From: an uncultured delta proteobacterium
Lineage (GTDB): Bacteria; Desulfobacterota; RBG-13-43-22
Assembly: GCA_963843145.1 (NCBI GenBank)
Contig: CAWJJC010000027.1
Location: 224,001 to 288,000 of the forward strand
Direction: 5' to 3'
DNA length: 64,000 bases
Each line of letters starts with the position of its first letter. The first letter of the stretch is position 1. The notes beneath the pieces were generated by a model. The model saw only the letters and a program-made list of their open reading frames with translations, did no database searches and was not told the origin of the DNA. The translations under genes and the position numbers were made by a program. This document shows, in pieces, positions 1-12,300 of the stretch.

Positions 1-1
1 A

Positions 2-280
2 ACCCTGGTTATAGCAGAAATAATCTGGACCCTGTCCTCTTATTACCGGGTCCCCAAAGACCAGATCATCGAGAAACTATCCATAATTATTGGAAGCGAT
101 GCCGTCCAAATCCTCGACAAAGATCTGATCGCCGAGGCCCTGGTGCTTTATGCCCGAAAAAACGTAGATTATATTGACGCCTATAATGCCGTTCTCCTGA
201 AGCATCTCAACCTCAAGGAGATCTATTCCTACGACCGGGATTTTGATAAGATCGACGGAATTGATCGTCTGGAGCCTTGA
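2..280 (+). CDS. PIN-domain (VapC-like) toxin, 5' end outside window
   Basis: Own translation of frame 2: TLVIAEIIWTLSSYY...VDYIDAYNAVLLKHLNLKEIYSYDRDFDKIDGIDRLEP*. PIN acidic residues (E, D..DA, SYDRDF); TGA at 278-280. Confidence 0.85.
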   Translation, partial: TLVIAEIIWTLSSYYRVPKDQIIEKLSIIIGSDAVQILDKDLIAEALVLYARKNVDYIDAYNAVLLKHLNLKEIYSYDRDFDKIDGIDRLEP

Positions 281-395
281 TACGAAACAACGAATAGGTG
301 CACTATTTTCATGCTTCCGGGTGCCCGCCCCAGGCATCTGTGGTTAATACGGAATCAGGACCGATGTCAAAAATACTTGCTAAGCCCTTTACTTC

Positions 396-430
396 TGCAT
401 AGTAAACTATTCACTTGACATGCATAGTTG
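396..430 (+). promoter_or_regulatory. Putative promoter/operator of the phd-vapC TA operon
   Basis: TTGACA at 415-420, flanked by imperfect palindrome TGCATAGTaaACTATtCA (396-413) and a second TGCATAGT (421-428). TA operons typically autoregulate through such operators. Confidence 0.5.
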
Positions 431-476
431 ATGACCCTATCATTTATCCAATTGACCCCCAAGGAAAGGAGGCCGC

Positions 477-749
477 ATGGAGGAAGTAAGTGCTTTGGAC
501 CTAAGAACTAAATTCGGCGCAATTTTGGATCTCCTCGAAGAAAAAGGCGAACCCATACTTATAAAAAAGCGGCATAAACTGCGGGCGGTTCTGGTAACCC
601 CCGATCAGTTTGAGCGGCGGTTTGTGGATTGGCAGGCGGAGGAAAAGCAAAAAGAACTTTTGAACCACATCAAGAAGCTGCGAGAGCAGCGGGTCAGGGG
701 GGAAAGCGGCCTGGAGGTTTTGAGAAAGCTGCGCGGATACGATCGATGA
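477..749 (+). CDS. Phd/YefM-family antitoxin
   Basis: 90 aa, 'VSALDLRTKFGAILD...GEPILIKK...AVLV' Phd pattern; GGAGG RBS; stop overlaps toxin ATG (ATGA). Confidence 0.85.
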   Translation: MEEVSALDLRTKFGAILDLLEEKGEPILIKKRHKLRAVLVTPDQFERRFVDWQAEEKQKELLNHIKKLREQRVRGESGLEVLRKLRGYDR

Positions 750-1186
750 TCTGGGTGATTGATGCTTCCGTGGCCCTAAAATGGTTTATCGTGGAAGAGG
801 CCCATCCCGCCGCGGAGAAGGTCCTGACCGCCCTGATCGCTCGACCCCAGTCCTTCGCCGTGCCCGAGCTATTTGCCTTTGAAGTATTTTCCGTTCTGCA
901 TCGCCTTCACCCCCAACCCCGCCTGGCATTTGAAGAAGGCCTCTTGCCCTTGTTACAGGGGGGGCTGCTGCGGATGCCCATGACCAAAAACCTGGCCGCC
1001 CTGGCCCAGCGCTTTATCCATCTGGGGTTGACCGGCTACGATGCCTGTTATGCCGCCCTGGCCCGAGATTTGAGCGGCTTCTGGCTGACCTACGATCAAA
1101 AGGCCCATCAGGCCATCAAAAAAGAAAAGGTATCCTGGTCTTTGGAAAAGGGTCTCCCTCCGGACTGGCCTTCCGAGTTGGGATAG
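746..1186 (+). CDS. PIN-domain VapC toxin
   Basis: Starts MIWVIDASVALKWF (ATG 746); 'PELFAFEV', 'YDACYAALA', 'LTYD' PIN motifs. Confidence 0.9.
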   Translation: MIWVIDASVALKWFIVEEAHPAAEKVLTALIARPQSFAVPELFAFEVFSVLHRLHPQPRLAFEEGLLPLLQGGLLRMPMTKNLAALAQRFIHLGLTGYDACYAALARDLSGFWLTYDQKAHQAIKKEKVSWSLEKGLPPDWPSELG

Positions 1187-1417
1187 ATTCATCGGGACTG
1201 TTCGTTCAACCATACCTTGATTAAGGCCTCTCGATCGACACCGATGGCTTCCCATATTTTATCATTTCCTTAACCAAAGACTCGCTGAAATCCAAGGTAA
1301 TACGTGCCGCCAAAATTTGACTTGACAAACCCGGCGGGGCCGTGATCAAATTCAAGCCAAATCTCCAATCATATCAAGTTATTCTAATCCGGTTACCCAG
1401 GCAAGGATAATCTGGAA

Positions 1418-1591
1418 ATGCGAAAAATAGGTTCCAAAAGGCGGTTGGCAGCTATTGCCCCTTTATCACTCTGTTTCCTTTCGGTCCTGATCTTCTCCGG
1501 TCCTATCATCCAGCGTGACGGTGACGTCTTATCCCGGCAACTGAATTTTGAGTGCCCGAACATTGACATATTGATTTCCCTAGGGAAATGA
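1418..1591 (+). CDS. Small 57-aa ORF with signal-peptide-like N-terminus, coupled to the regulator
   Basis: MRKIGSKRRLAAIAPLSLCFLSVLIFSG...LGK*; AAGGA upstream; TGA overlaps ATG 1588. Confidence 0.4.
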   Translation: MRKIGSKRRLAAIAPLSLCFLSVLIFSGPIIQRDGDVLSRQLNFECPNIDILISLGK

Positions 1592-4500
1592 ACCGCATGC
1601 CGCACTCGAAAAAGAACCCGGCAATTCCCCGATTGGGTCCCCACCGGACCACTCCCCCTTCCCTGTTCAAGGCTATTCCCCGACAGCACCTGATTGATCT
1701 GTTCCAAAAAAACGGAGACAAAAAACTGATATTGATCATCGGTCAGGCCGCCCAGGGGAAATCCACCACGGCCGCCTCCTGGTATTTTCTGGACCGGCAG
1801 CGACCTTCGGCCTGGCTCAACCTCGAGCCCGAGGATTCCGACCCGATAAACCTGTTTTACCTACTGATCCAAGCCGTCCACCAGAATGGAAAGGAGAAAG
1901 AATACCCCGCCCTGTTGAACCTTCCGTCCCTGATCGCGGGCCCCCGGGAGGGTAGCTCCCGTTACCGGGAATGGACCCGGGCCCTTCTGGAAACCTTCGA
2001 TCACCGGCAGCAGCTTTTTTTCGACGGACTCGACCGGCTGAACCCGCAGGCGGAATCCTACCAATTTCTTCAGACCCTGATCGAGGAGATCCCGGCTTCC
2101 ATGCGCCTGATTCTCCTGTCCCGGGCCTACCCGTCTCTGACCCTCGAATTCCAGGAGCTGAAGGTAAAAAACCAGGTCCTGCTTTTAAAAAACGAAGACC
2201 TGGCCTTTTCCCCGCCGGAAATCAAAACCTACCTTCGGGAACTCCACGGGCTCTCCTTGGTTGACCGTCAAGCGGAACGCATCCATACCGCCACGGAAGG
2301 ATGGATCGGCGGAATAAACTTGTTGGCCGGGACCCTCGCTCTGCTCCCGCCGGCATCCCTGGAACGGCACTTGAACCAGGAATTGCCTTCCCGCTTTCAG
2401 CGTGATGTTTTCCAGTATTTCGGTAAGGAAGTGTTTGCTTCCCTGCCCCCGGCCCAGCAAGACTATCTTATCCGTTCCTCCATCCTCGATTCCCTGGATC
2501 CCAGCGTCAACCGGGCCCTTTTCCGCCGAAAAGACTGGGAGGCCTGCCTGAAGGAACTGACCCGGAAAAACCTCTTTATCCAATCCTTTACGAACCCGAA
2601 ACTGGGCTTGACTTTTAGGTTTCATCAGCTTTTCCGGGATTTCCTGGGGACCCTGCGCCAGGCGAGATTGTCGGCCCAAGAGGTGGAAGTCCTGCATTCC
2701 CAGGCCGGTGATTATTATACAAGGCAAGGAAACCCGGAAAAGGCTATCCATCACTATCTGGAGGCCGGGGCCTATCCCCAAGCCGCGACGCTGATCAAAA
2801 AAATCGGCCTGGATCTGATCAAAAGCGCCCGCCTGGGCGATCTTTCCCGCTGGCTACAGGCCCTGCCTCAAACGTTCATCCAGACCGACCCCCACCTGCG
2901 CTTGTATTGCATTCTTCCCAACCGGTACAGCCTGTCGGATGACAGCCTGAAGACCCTCAAAGAAGTGATCGCCCTCTTCCAACAGCGTGGAGATCGATCC
3001 GGCCAGTTCCTGGGACTGGCCTACTTGATCGAGGCCGAGTTCACCTTAGGAAACTACCGGCCGGAACTCATTCGCGAAGGGGAGGTCCTTCTCCAGACCA
3101 TGCAAGAAGATTCTTGCCTCTATGAACGGGCTATGCTCTGGACCCAGATCGGTCTGACCCAAACCGTCCGGGGCAACCCCCGCCGCGGGTACTGGGCCTG
3201 CCAGAAGGCCTATCTCCTGGCCAACGGGTTGGCCGATCCCCTGCTGCAGGTCATCGCCCTGTCCCATGCCGTGACCTCCCTATCCACTTTGGGGGAGTTC
3301 CAGCCGGCCGAACGCTTCCTCCAGGAAATGAATTCCCTGGCCTGGCGTTTTCCTCAGTTCGAAATTCGCCTGTTCCTTCAAATCGCCAAAACCACTTACC
3401 AGATTTTTCACGGTGAGGCCGAGGAGGCGGTGGAGCCGTGCTTAACCCTTCAGATGGAAACGGAAAAACACGGCCTTGTCTATCTCTACCCGATGGCCCT
3501 GTTCTACACGTTTATTTCCATGACCTATGCCCGTCGGGACCGGCAGGCCGATCGGATGGGGCAACAATTGTTGAATCTGGCAATAACCTTTAACAATGGA
3601 TTCCTGGCCGGGGCCATCCACTTTCTCTCCGGCCTATCGGCCTACTGGTCCGGCCGACAGGACGAAGCCCGGGAGCGGATCGACCGGTCCATTGTACTGC
3701 TTGAGGCGCCCGGCTCTTTTTCCGAACTCCATCTGAACGGGGCTCGGTTGGCCCGGGGTCTGCTGCACGACGGTCCAGGAAAGCGTCCGGGGGCCATCGA
3801 AGATCTTCTGGATCTGCTCCAATCCCTGGAATCGGTCGAAAGCCGCCTGTTCCTGACCGAGTGCTGCCTGGCCCTGGGACTGCTGTATCACGACCAGGGA
3901 CAGGGGGAACAGGCCCGGAGATATCTTCACCAGGGGTTGAACTCGGCCCGGCGGGGGGACTACCGCCATTTCATGATCATCAGTCCCCAAGACACGGTCC
4001 GGGCCTGCCTGCTGGCCCAGGAATATCTCCCGGAGGACGCCGGGGCGGAATATGCCGGTCGGCTGGTCCGGGAGAAATTCGGCCGGCAGGCCGTGGCCGA
4101 ACTGGAGGCCCTGTCCCGGCATCCCAGCCCGAGGGTAAGCCGGAAGGCCTGGGAATTTCGCCGGATCATCCACCGTTCGGGTCGCCCCGAATAGGGATCA
4201 GGACCTTCGGGGGGCTGCGCCTGGAATACGACCAGCGGTCGGCCATCATCGAGCCCTGGGGCAGCGGCCAGCCCCGCCGCCTGCTCCTGGCCCTCCTTTC
4301 CCAACGGAATGAAAAAATCTCCAAGGGGGCCCTCATCCAAGCCCTCTGGCCCGAAGAGGAAGCGGACGCCTCCGAAAAAAATTTCAAGACCATACTGCAA
4401 AGGCTGCGCAAGGGCTTGGAACCGAACATCCGTCCGGATTTCGGGTCTTCCTATGTTCACCTGCACCACAACCTGGTTTTTCTGGACCCGGAGTTGTGCC

Positions 4501-5024
4501 GGGTTGACGCCCGGGAGTTCAACGACCTCTACCGGGAAGGCGTCCGGCTGGAGAACGAAGGGGATGACAAGGGGGCCCTGGACTGTTTTTCCCGAGCCGC
4601 CGACCTTTATGAAGGCGATTTCATTCCCGAGGAAACCTATGACTCCCAAGTGCTGCGACGCCGGGAAGATTTTAAGAACATCTATATCGATCTGCTCACC
4701 CGCCTGGCCCGCCGGCACACCCGAGCGGGGGCCTCCAAGAAGGCCGTATCCTGCCTGAAACAAGCCATCGAGACCGATCCCCTGCTGGAGGAGGCCTACC
4801 GGGACCTGATGACCCTCTATGCAGAAAAAAACCTCTACAACGAGGCCCTCCGCGTTTTCGAGGCCTGCCGCAAGGTCCTTAAGGAAGAGATGGATTCCTC
4901 TCCCGATCCGCTCACTATGGCCATCTACCGCGGGATCCGGGACCGAGCTGAACAAAGGTTTAGCCAGGGACAACGGAGTCAAATTCGAAACTCGAAATCC
5001 GAAATCCGAAACAAATTCAAATGA
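1588..5024 (+). CDS. MalT-like STAND ATPase-TPR transcriptional regulator with C-terminal wHTH + BTAD (SARP) domain; one frameshift near 4190
   Basis: Walker A GQAAQGKST, 'WLNLEPEDSDP', 'TEGWIGG', 'FRFHQLFRDFL' (MalT-like). Continues in the overlapping ORF with 'IRTFGGL', 'LWPE', 'VDAREF', 'LYEGDF', 'DPLLEEAYRDLM' (BTAD). Confidence 0.85.
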
Positions 5025-5046
5025 CCCAAATTCAAATAACCGAAAC
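4980..5046 (+). repeat. Degenerate heptamer repeat (AAATYCG)n overlapping the regulator 3' end
   Basis: aaattcgaaactcgaaatccgaaatccgaaacaaattcaaatgacccaaatt; related arrays at 38620-38670, 44807-44875 (reverse), 50630-50670 and 60905-60940. Confidence 0.7.
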
Positions 5047-5245
5047 GTCTCCCACTCCCTTGATGGGAGGGGGGCTTCGACGTGAGTCCTTCGGCAGTGA
5101 GCCCTTCGACTTTGAGCTCAGGGCCGAACTGCTCAGCCGAACGTTGGGGGGTGGGTGAATTCTCAAATCTTCGACTCATCCGTCTTCACCCCCTCCCTCC
5201 CCACTCAAGAGGGAGAGATCCATTCAACAATGCCTTGGTTAAAAA

Positions 5246-5404
5246 GTGACGACCTCGCAAAAAGTTCTTAGCGCAGTCATTGCGAGGAGCAAAGCGACGA
5301 AGCAATCCCCGCGAATCAGCCAGTTACCATGGTGGGGATTGCTTCCCCCGAATCAAGTTCGGGGTCGCAATGACGGGTTTTTCGACTTTTTGCGAAACCT
5401 TCAA
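5246..5404. mobile_element. MITE-like element with imperfect terminal inverted repeats enclosing a palindromic REP-like repeat
   Basis: Left end gtgacgacctcgcaaaaagtt, right end gactttttgcgaaaccttcaa; internal gtcattgcgagg...cgcaatgac. Related ends at 25255-25465. Confidence 0.6.
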
Positions 5405-5529
5405 TAGTGTGAGGTAAATTTTTCAAACAATCATCTCCCTACAAGACGATCCACCGGGACGTTTTATCTAATTTAAATTTTATATCAGATAGTTATAAAA
5501 CTTCTCTCTTTATCTCCCCCCCATTGACG

Positions 5530-5564
5530 TTGTTACCTGTTTGTTACCTCCTCTATTGTAAAAT
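5530..5564 (+). promoter_or_regulatory. Putative SARP/BTAD-activated promoter (direct repeats + -10 box)
   Basis: TTGTTACCT at 5530-5538 and 5541-5549 (11-bp period), then 9 nt to TAAAAT (5559-5564). Confidence 0.5.
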
Positions 5565-5753
5565 CACCCACTAATCTAACCCGTTTAGCTATAAGTGTTT
5601 TCAGCCCCCCTGGGGCCGGTCCTTCGCGGGCGGGTGAAGACAAGCATTCCAGCCCATTTCCAAAAAAGATATTTTTTTTAAATTTGCCGGCAACGAGGTT
5701 ACCCGGGGAATTCCCTCCGCCGGGGCAGTATCTTTTCCAGGAAGGAATCGATA

Positions 5754-6053
5754 ATGGAGAAAAAAGAAGAGCAACGCCTGACGCCTCGCCAACCCTTAGA
5801 GCAAACCGTTCGTTTGGAGCGGAATCGTTTTTTTGCCGGGGAGGGTGGGCCTGTTCAGGAAATCGGCCAGGTCCTGGATATCAGTCCCCTGGGAATTGGC
5901 GTCAAGACCGATTCGCCGTTGGAGCCCCGTGAGATAGTCCGGGTCTACCTTCCGGTCCAGGCCGTGGACATCCCCCTGCCGGTCTTCTCCGAAGTCCGCT
6001 GGGTGAAGGCCGATAATCATTACTACCGCGCCGGGTTGCAGTTCATGCGTTAA
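5754..6053 (+). CDS. Stand-alone PilZ-domain protein (c-di-GMP receptor)
   Basis: RxxxR (QRLTPR) and DxSxxG (DISPLG) motifs; C-terminal 'EVRWV...AGLQF'. Confidence 0.9.
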   Translation: MEKKEEQRLTPRQPLEQTVRLERNRFFAGEGGPVQEIGQVLDISPLGIGVKTDSPLEPREIVRVYLPVQAVDIPLPVFSEVRWVKADNHYYRAGLQFMR

Positions 6054-6323
6054 GAAAAAGGCTTGCACCGCAGAGGCGCGGGGGACGCAGAGAATTTTTA
6101 TTTGCTTTGCGGGGAGATGCCCGCAAAGCAAAACGACTCAGCCGCTTCGCGGGCAAGAGGTTGTCGATCGAGCAACGATGAAACCCTTCATTTATGCCGT
6201 GCAGCAAACGTCCAGGCCAAGTAGTTTTCAACCGGCGGGAGATGCCGCCGGTTGAAGCTCTTAATATTGGGTTTACGGTTAATTAAATAAGGTTCCCCCC
6301 CATATAATAAGGAGGACTTGTCA

Positions 6324-9300
6324 ATGTCCAGGCCGACCATCCCTAACTCGAGGCACATAAAAAATTCGATTAATAATTTGGCGCCATTCCTGGTGGTCTT
6401 CTTGGCCCTGGCCTTGTTTCCAGTGGCCCCATCCTGGGCACAAACTAAAACCCTAACGATTATCCCCCCCAGCTATGGAATGGTTGGGAGCCTGCCATCA
6501 GGTATAAACTGCAATTCGGGTGGACCGTCTTGCATGGCAGGATACGAGCAGGGAACCATCGTTACCTTAAAGGCTATCCCCGTCGCAGGCTCGTATTTCA
6601 GCATCTGGTCCGGCGATGCCTGCAACGGAAATGTCTCGCTCACCTGCCTGGTCACCATGGATGCGGACAAAACGATCACGGCGTCTTTCACCCAAATTGT
6701 CCCGGTCATGCAGACCTGGCTGAAAACCTATGGTGGAGAGTATTCGGATTACGGTTACGCCATCCGGCAAACCTCGGATGGCGGATACATCGTGGCCGGT
6801 TCCACCGAGCCCTCTGATGAAGGTTATAGCAATGCCTGGGTAACAAAGCTTGACCAGGCCGGAAATGTGCTCTGGCAAAAAACCTACGGTGCCTCAAGCT
6901 CCGATTCCGTTAATTCCATACAGCAGACCTCGGACGGCGGATACATCGTGGCCGGTTCTACCGAGTCCTTTGGGGAAGGTTATATCGATGTTTGGGTGTT
7001 AAAACTTGACTCGAATGGAGAGGTACTCTGGCTAAAGACCTATGGCGCGGTGGGTGACGATTACGCCAATTCCGTACAGCAGACCTCGGACGGCGGGTAC
7101 ATTATTGTCGGTTATACCAGCTCCTTCGGGGTAGGTGATCTAGATGTCTGGGTGTTAAAGCTCAGGTCTGATGGATCTGTCGACTGGCAAAAGAGATATG
7201 ACGGTTCTGGGGGTGACGATTACGCTAATTCCGTACAGCAGACCTCGGACGGCGGGTACATTATCGCCGGTTATACCAGCCCCTTGGGGAACAGCCGCGG
7301 CGGCGACGCCTGGGTATTAAAGCTTCAGTCGAATGGAGATGTCCTCTGGCAAAAGACCTACGGTAACGAAAGGGAAGATACGGCCTTAGCCATCCAGCAG
7401 ACTGTGGATGGCGGATATATCGTTGCGGGTTATACCCACCCTAGTCCTAGCGATCCAAGACTCTATTATAGATACATTGCCTGGGTAATAAAGCTTGGCC
7501 AACAGGGAGATGTGCTCTGGCAAAATAACTACGAGGTCGATTTCGACACTTTCGCTAATTCTATCCAGCAGACTCCAGACGGTGGATTTATCGTGGCCGG
7601 GAAAACCGGAGGCGCCGAGGGAAGTTTTTTCAAAGCCCTGGTAATAAAACTTAACCCTGATGGAGATGTCGATTGGGGAAAAACCTACACCAACGATCGT
7701 AATGATGGCTGGAATGACGCTAACACCATCCAGCAGACCTCTGATGGCGGCTACGTCCTGGTTGGCTCAACCAATTCCTTCGGAGCAGGCGAATATTACG
7801 ATTATTATGATGCCTGGGTGTTAAAGCTTGACTCGACAGGAAATATATCCGGGGAGCTTCCGGTAAACTTTATTGCTGCAGAAAAATGTGATAGTCAGCT
7901 CCACAGATGTTAGTCCCGCCACTTCCAATGCCACCGTATCGGACACAAACGTTACCGGCCAGGATATCGATGTCACACCTCCCACGGGCTCGATTCTAAT
8001 CGACGGCGGGGCCGCTTCCACCAACTCAACCTCAGCCACCTTGACCCTGACCTGCAGTGATACCGGCAGCGGTTGCTCCAAGATGCAGTTTTCCAACGAC
8101 GATATCACCTATTCCATTCCTGAAGTTTATGCTGCCACCAAATCCTGGCCCCTGTCTTCCGGGTATGGTTTCAAAACGGTTTATGTGAAATTTCAGGACT
8201 TCTCAGGGAACTGGTCTTCCGTTTACAATGCCTCCATTATTTTAGTCTCAGCCTTGGACACTACATTTAATTCGGCTCTAGATGGTCCCGTTTACGCCAC
8301 CGCCATCCAGCCCGACGGCAGAATCTTGATCGGCGGCGGGTTCACCACCGTCGCTGGTTCATTGCACAACCACATTGCCCGGCTGAACGCAGACGGAAGT
8401 CTGGATACTTCTTTTAACAACTCCGGTGTGAATGATTATGTGTATTCCATCGCCCCACAGTCCGATGGAAAGATTTTGGCTGGTGGGTCTTTCACCAAGC
8501 CTAATGGAGACCCCTGGTACCTCGCCCGATTCAATCCGGATGGGACCTTGGACGATACTTTCAATCCCTCAGTGAACGGATTGATTCTATCCATTGTACT
8601 ACAACCGAATGGAAAAATCTTGATTGGCGGTACCACCTTCACCTCCGTAAATGGATCAAGCCGAAATTACCTGGCCCGCCTCAATGCCGACGGTAGTCTA
8701 GATGAAAGTTTTTCTCCCAATGTTAACGGGGCGGTTTATACGGTCTCCCTTCAAGCTAATGGAAAGATCCTTATCGGCGGGAAATTTACTCCCGCCATAA
8801 TCCGAATAAACACTACAGGAGAAATTGATGATACCTTTAATGCCAATATTTCCGACTTTACCCTCCCCACTAATAGTGGTGTCAATACCATCGCTGTGCA
8901 AGCTGACGGCAAAATATTGATCAGCGGGGATTTTACATCTGTGGATAGCGAGCCTCGGAATTATCTGGCCCGGCTATACTCAAACGGAAACATTGATTTA
9001 TCATTTGACCCCAACCTCTCTCCTGATCGAGCTGTCTCCATCGCCCTTCAGACCGATGGAAAGATCCTTATCGGCGGGTATTTCACGTCTGTCGGCGGAA
9101 CCACGCGCAATTATCTGGCCCTGCTCAATGGAGATGGATCATCGGATGCCACCTTTGACCCCAATATGGAAAGCTGGGTCTTTTCCATTTCCCTCCAGTC
9201 GGATGGGGGTATAATAATCGGAGGTCAATTCGGTAGTGGTGGTGCCAGCATCCCACGCTTCATTGGTCGGCTCAATAATCCCGATGCCGCCACCCAATCT

Positions 9301-12300
9301 CTCAACGCCTCCAATGACGGGACAACTGTCACCTGGCTGCGAGGCGGCGCCTCGCCGGAGGTGGAGTATGTGACTTTTGATCAATCAACTGACCACTCGG
9401 TCTGGACCTCACTGGGTCCCTCGAACCGCATCCCCGGGGGGTGGGAACTTACCGGACAGTCACTTCCATCAGGACAGGATTTGTATATTCGAGCACGTGG
9501 CGATGCCAAGGGCGGTTATTCGAATGCCTCGTCTTCGCTCATTGAGTCAATAACCCAGATAAATCTTTCGCCTCAAACTTTCACGATTTCCGCCTCAGCA
9601 GGGCCCAACGGGACAATTGCGCCATTAGGTTCTACAATAGTGCCCAATGGGGGAAGCCAGTCATATACGATTAATCCAAATTCCGGTTACCACGTGGCCG
9701 ATGTTTTGGTGGATGGAGTCTCGCAGGGGTCCAGGACTTCCTACGATTTTACCAACGTAACGTCCAACCATACCATTTCAGCCACGTACGATTTATTACC
9801 TCGGACAATCTCCATTGCTCCGTCGTCACCTTACGATTTCACCAATATTGCTGTGGGAGCTTCGGCGAACCAAATATTTACCATCTCGAATTCCGGAGGA
9901 ACCGACCTTTCAGTGACGGAGATAAACCTCGGTGGTTCGGCCGATTACATCTTGAATAGGGGCAACGGCAGCGGAGTAACCTGTGGGAGCACCTATCCAA
10001 GGACCCTGACCCCCGGCGGAAGCTGTACGGTGGCTGTAACCTTCCAGCCTTCCTCCCTTGGTTCAAAAACCGCGACCCTTTCGGTGGGTTCGAACGATCC
10101 TGTTACCCCTTCAGCCTCCGTGGCCATCAGCGGCTCCGGAGTCTATGGCACCTGCAACTGGACGAGTGTAACTGGTGGGAACTGGACCACTGCATCCAAT
10201 TGGTCCTGCGGACACGCACCGGGGACTAATGATGATGCGTTCATAACACTTGCCGGAACCTATACGGTAACCGTTACCGCCAACACAACCGTGAATAGTC
10301 TTACCCTTGGCGGGTCCAGCGGGACCCAGAGCCTCACAGTTTCAGGACCTCTCGGCCTGAACAATGCCAGCACCGTCGGGACCTACGGTGCACTCAATTT
10401 GAGTGGCGGCACCCTTGCGGGGAGTGGTACTCTCTCAGTCAGCGGAACGATGAACTGGACAGGGGGTGGCGGCACCATGAGCGGGCCCGGGACGACGAAC
10501 ATTACGGGTGCTTTCAACATCGATAACGGCGGTTACCCCGGGACCAGAAAGAATCTCACTTCACGGACGCTGAACATCGCCGGAACAGCGACCATTATCA
10601 ACAGTACTGGAATTAATCTCAGCAGTGCAACCATCAACAACCAAACGGGGGCGTCGTTTAGCTTCCCAAGCGACAGCTATTTGTATAACAGCGGCGGAAC
10701 CAACGCCTTTAACAATGCGGGGACGGTGACCAAGAGCGCCGGAAGCGGAACCACCACCATCGAGGTTCCGTTCACCAACACGGGCACGGTGAATGCCAAT
10801 AGCGGAACCTTCAGTCTTGCCCTGGCCGGTGGAGGCACGAGCATTGGATCTTTCAGCGTCGTCTCCGGGGCAACGCTTCAGTTGGCCGGCAGCGGGACCC
10901 ACACTCTGGGTACGGGATTGAGCCTTACGGGAGCCGGCACTGTGGATTTCTACTCCGGTACGGTGACCGTCAACTGCACCTACAATGTGACCGGGACCAC
11001 CAAGTTCAGCGGCGGGACCACGACCTTCAGCAGCGGGGCAGCGGTGAGCAGTGTCGGGAGCACACTCTGGGTTAATGGCGGCACGGCAAATTTCAACAAC
11101 ACGCAGGCCTGGACAGATCCAACCACTTTGACGGTCGACGGCAGTAGTACGGCCAACTTCAACAGGGGGCAGGCTCTCAACATTCCCACAGTGAATGCAT
11201 TTCAAGGCACATTGGGGGGAACTGACACCCTCAATGTAAGCAACACCCTCACCTGGGGGAGGCTTTATGCGGCTGGCGGGACCATGAGCGGGCCCGGGAC
11301 GACGAACATTACGGGTGCTTTCAACATCGATAACGGCGGTTACCCCGGGACCAGAAAGAATCTCACTTCACGAACGCTGAACATCGCCGGAACAGCGACC
11401 ATTATCAACAGTACTGGAATTAATCTCAGCAGTGCAATCATCAACAACCAAACGGGGGCGTTGTTTAGCTTCCCGAGCGACAGCAATTTGTATAACTACA
11501 GCGGAACCAACGCCTTTAACAATTCGGGGACGGTGACCAAGAGCGCCGGAAGCGGAACCACCACCATCGAGGTTCCGTTCAGCAACACGGGTACGGTGAA
11601 TGCCAATAGCGGAACCTTGAGTCTTGCCCTGGCCGGTGGAGGCACGAGCATTGGATCTTTCAGCGTCGTCTCCGGGGCAACGCTTCAGTTTGCCGATAGC
11701 GGGACCCACACTCTGGGTACGGGATTGAGCCTTACGGGAACCGGCACTGTGGATTTCTACTCCGGTACGGTGACCGTCAACTGCACCTACAATGTGACCG
11801 GGACCACCAAGGTGAGCGGCGGAACAACGACCTTCGGGAGCGGAGCCGCAGTGAGTGCTGTCGGGAGCACACTCTCGGTGAACGGCGGTACGGCGAATTT
11901 CAACAACGCGCAGGCCTGGACGGATCCAACCACTTTGACGGTCGACGGCAGTAGTACGGCCAACTTCAACAGGGGGCAGGCTCTCAACATTCCCACAGTG
12001 AATGTATTTCAAGGCACATTGGGGGGAACTGACACCCTCAATGTAAGCAACACCCTCACCTGGGGGAGGCTTTATGCGGCTGGCGGGACCATGAGCGGGC
12101 CCGGGACGACGAACATTACGGGTGCTTTCAACATCGATAACGGCGGTTACCCCGGGACCAGAAAGAATCTCACTTCACGGACGCTGAACATCGCCGGAAC
12201 GGCGACCATTATCAACAGTACTGACATGAATCTCAGCAATGCAACCATCAACATCCAAACGGGGGCGTTGTTTATATTCCAGAGCGACAATTCTTTGTTC

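Noticed and set aside
629-745. Upstream extension of the VapC ORF (start 629)
   Set aside because: Overlaps the antitoxin; the PIN domain starts at ATG 746 with ATGA coupling.
3960-4982. Long antisense ORFs (also 19037-20011, 35334-36332, 51073-51987, 27142-27831)
   Set aside because: Shadows of well-supported genes on the opposite strand, expected from GC-rich codon bias; no motifs.
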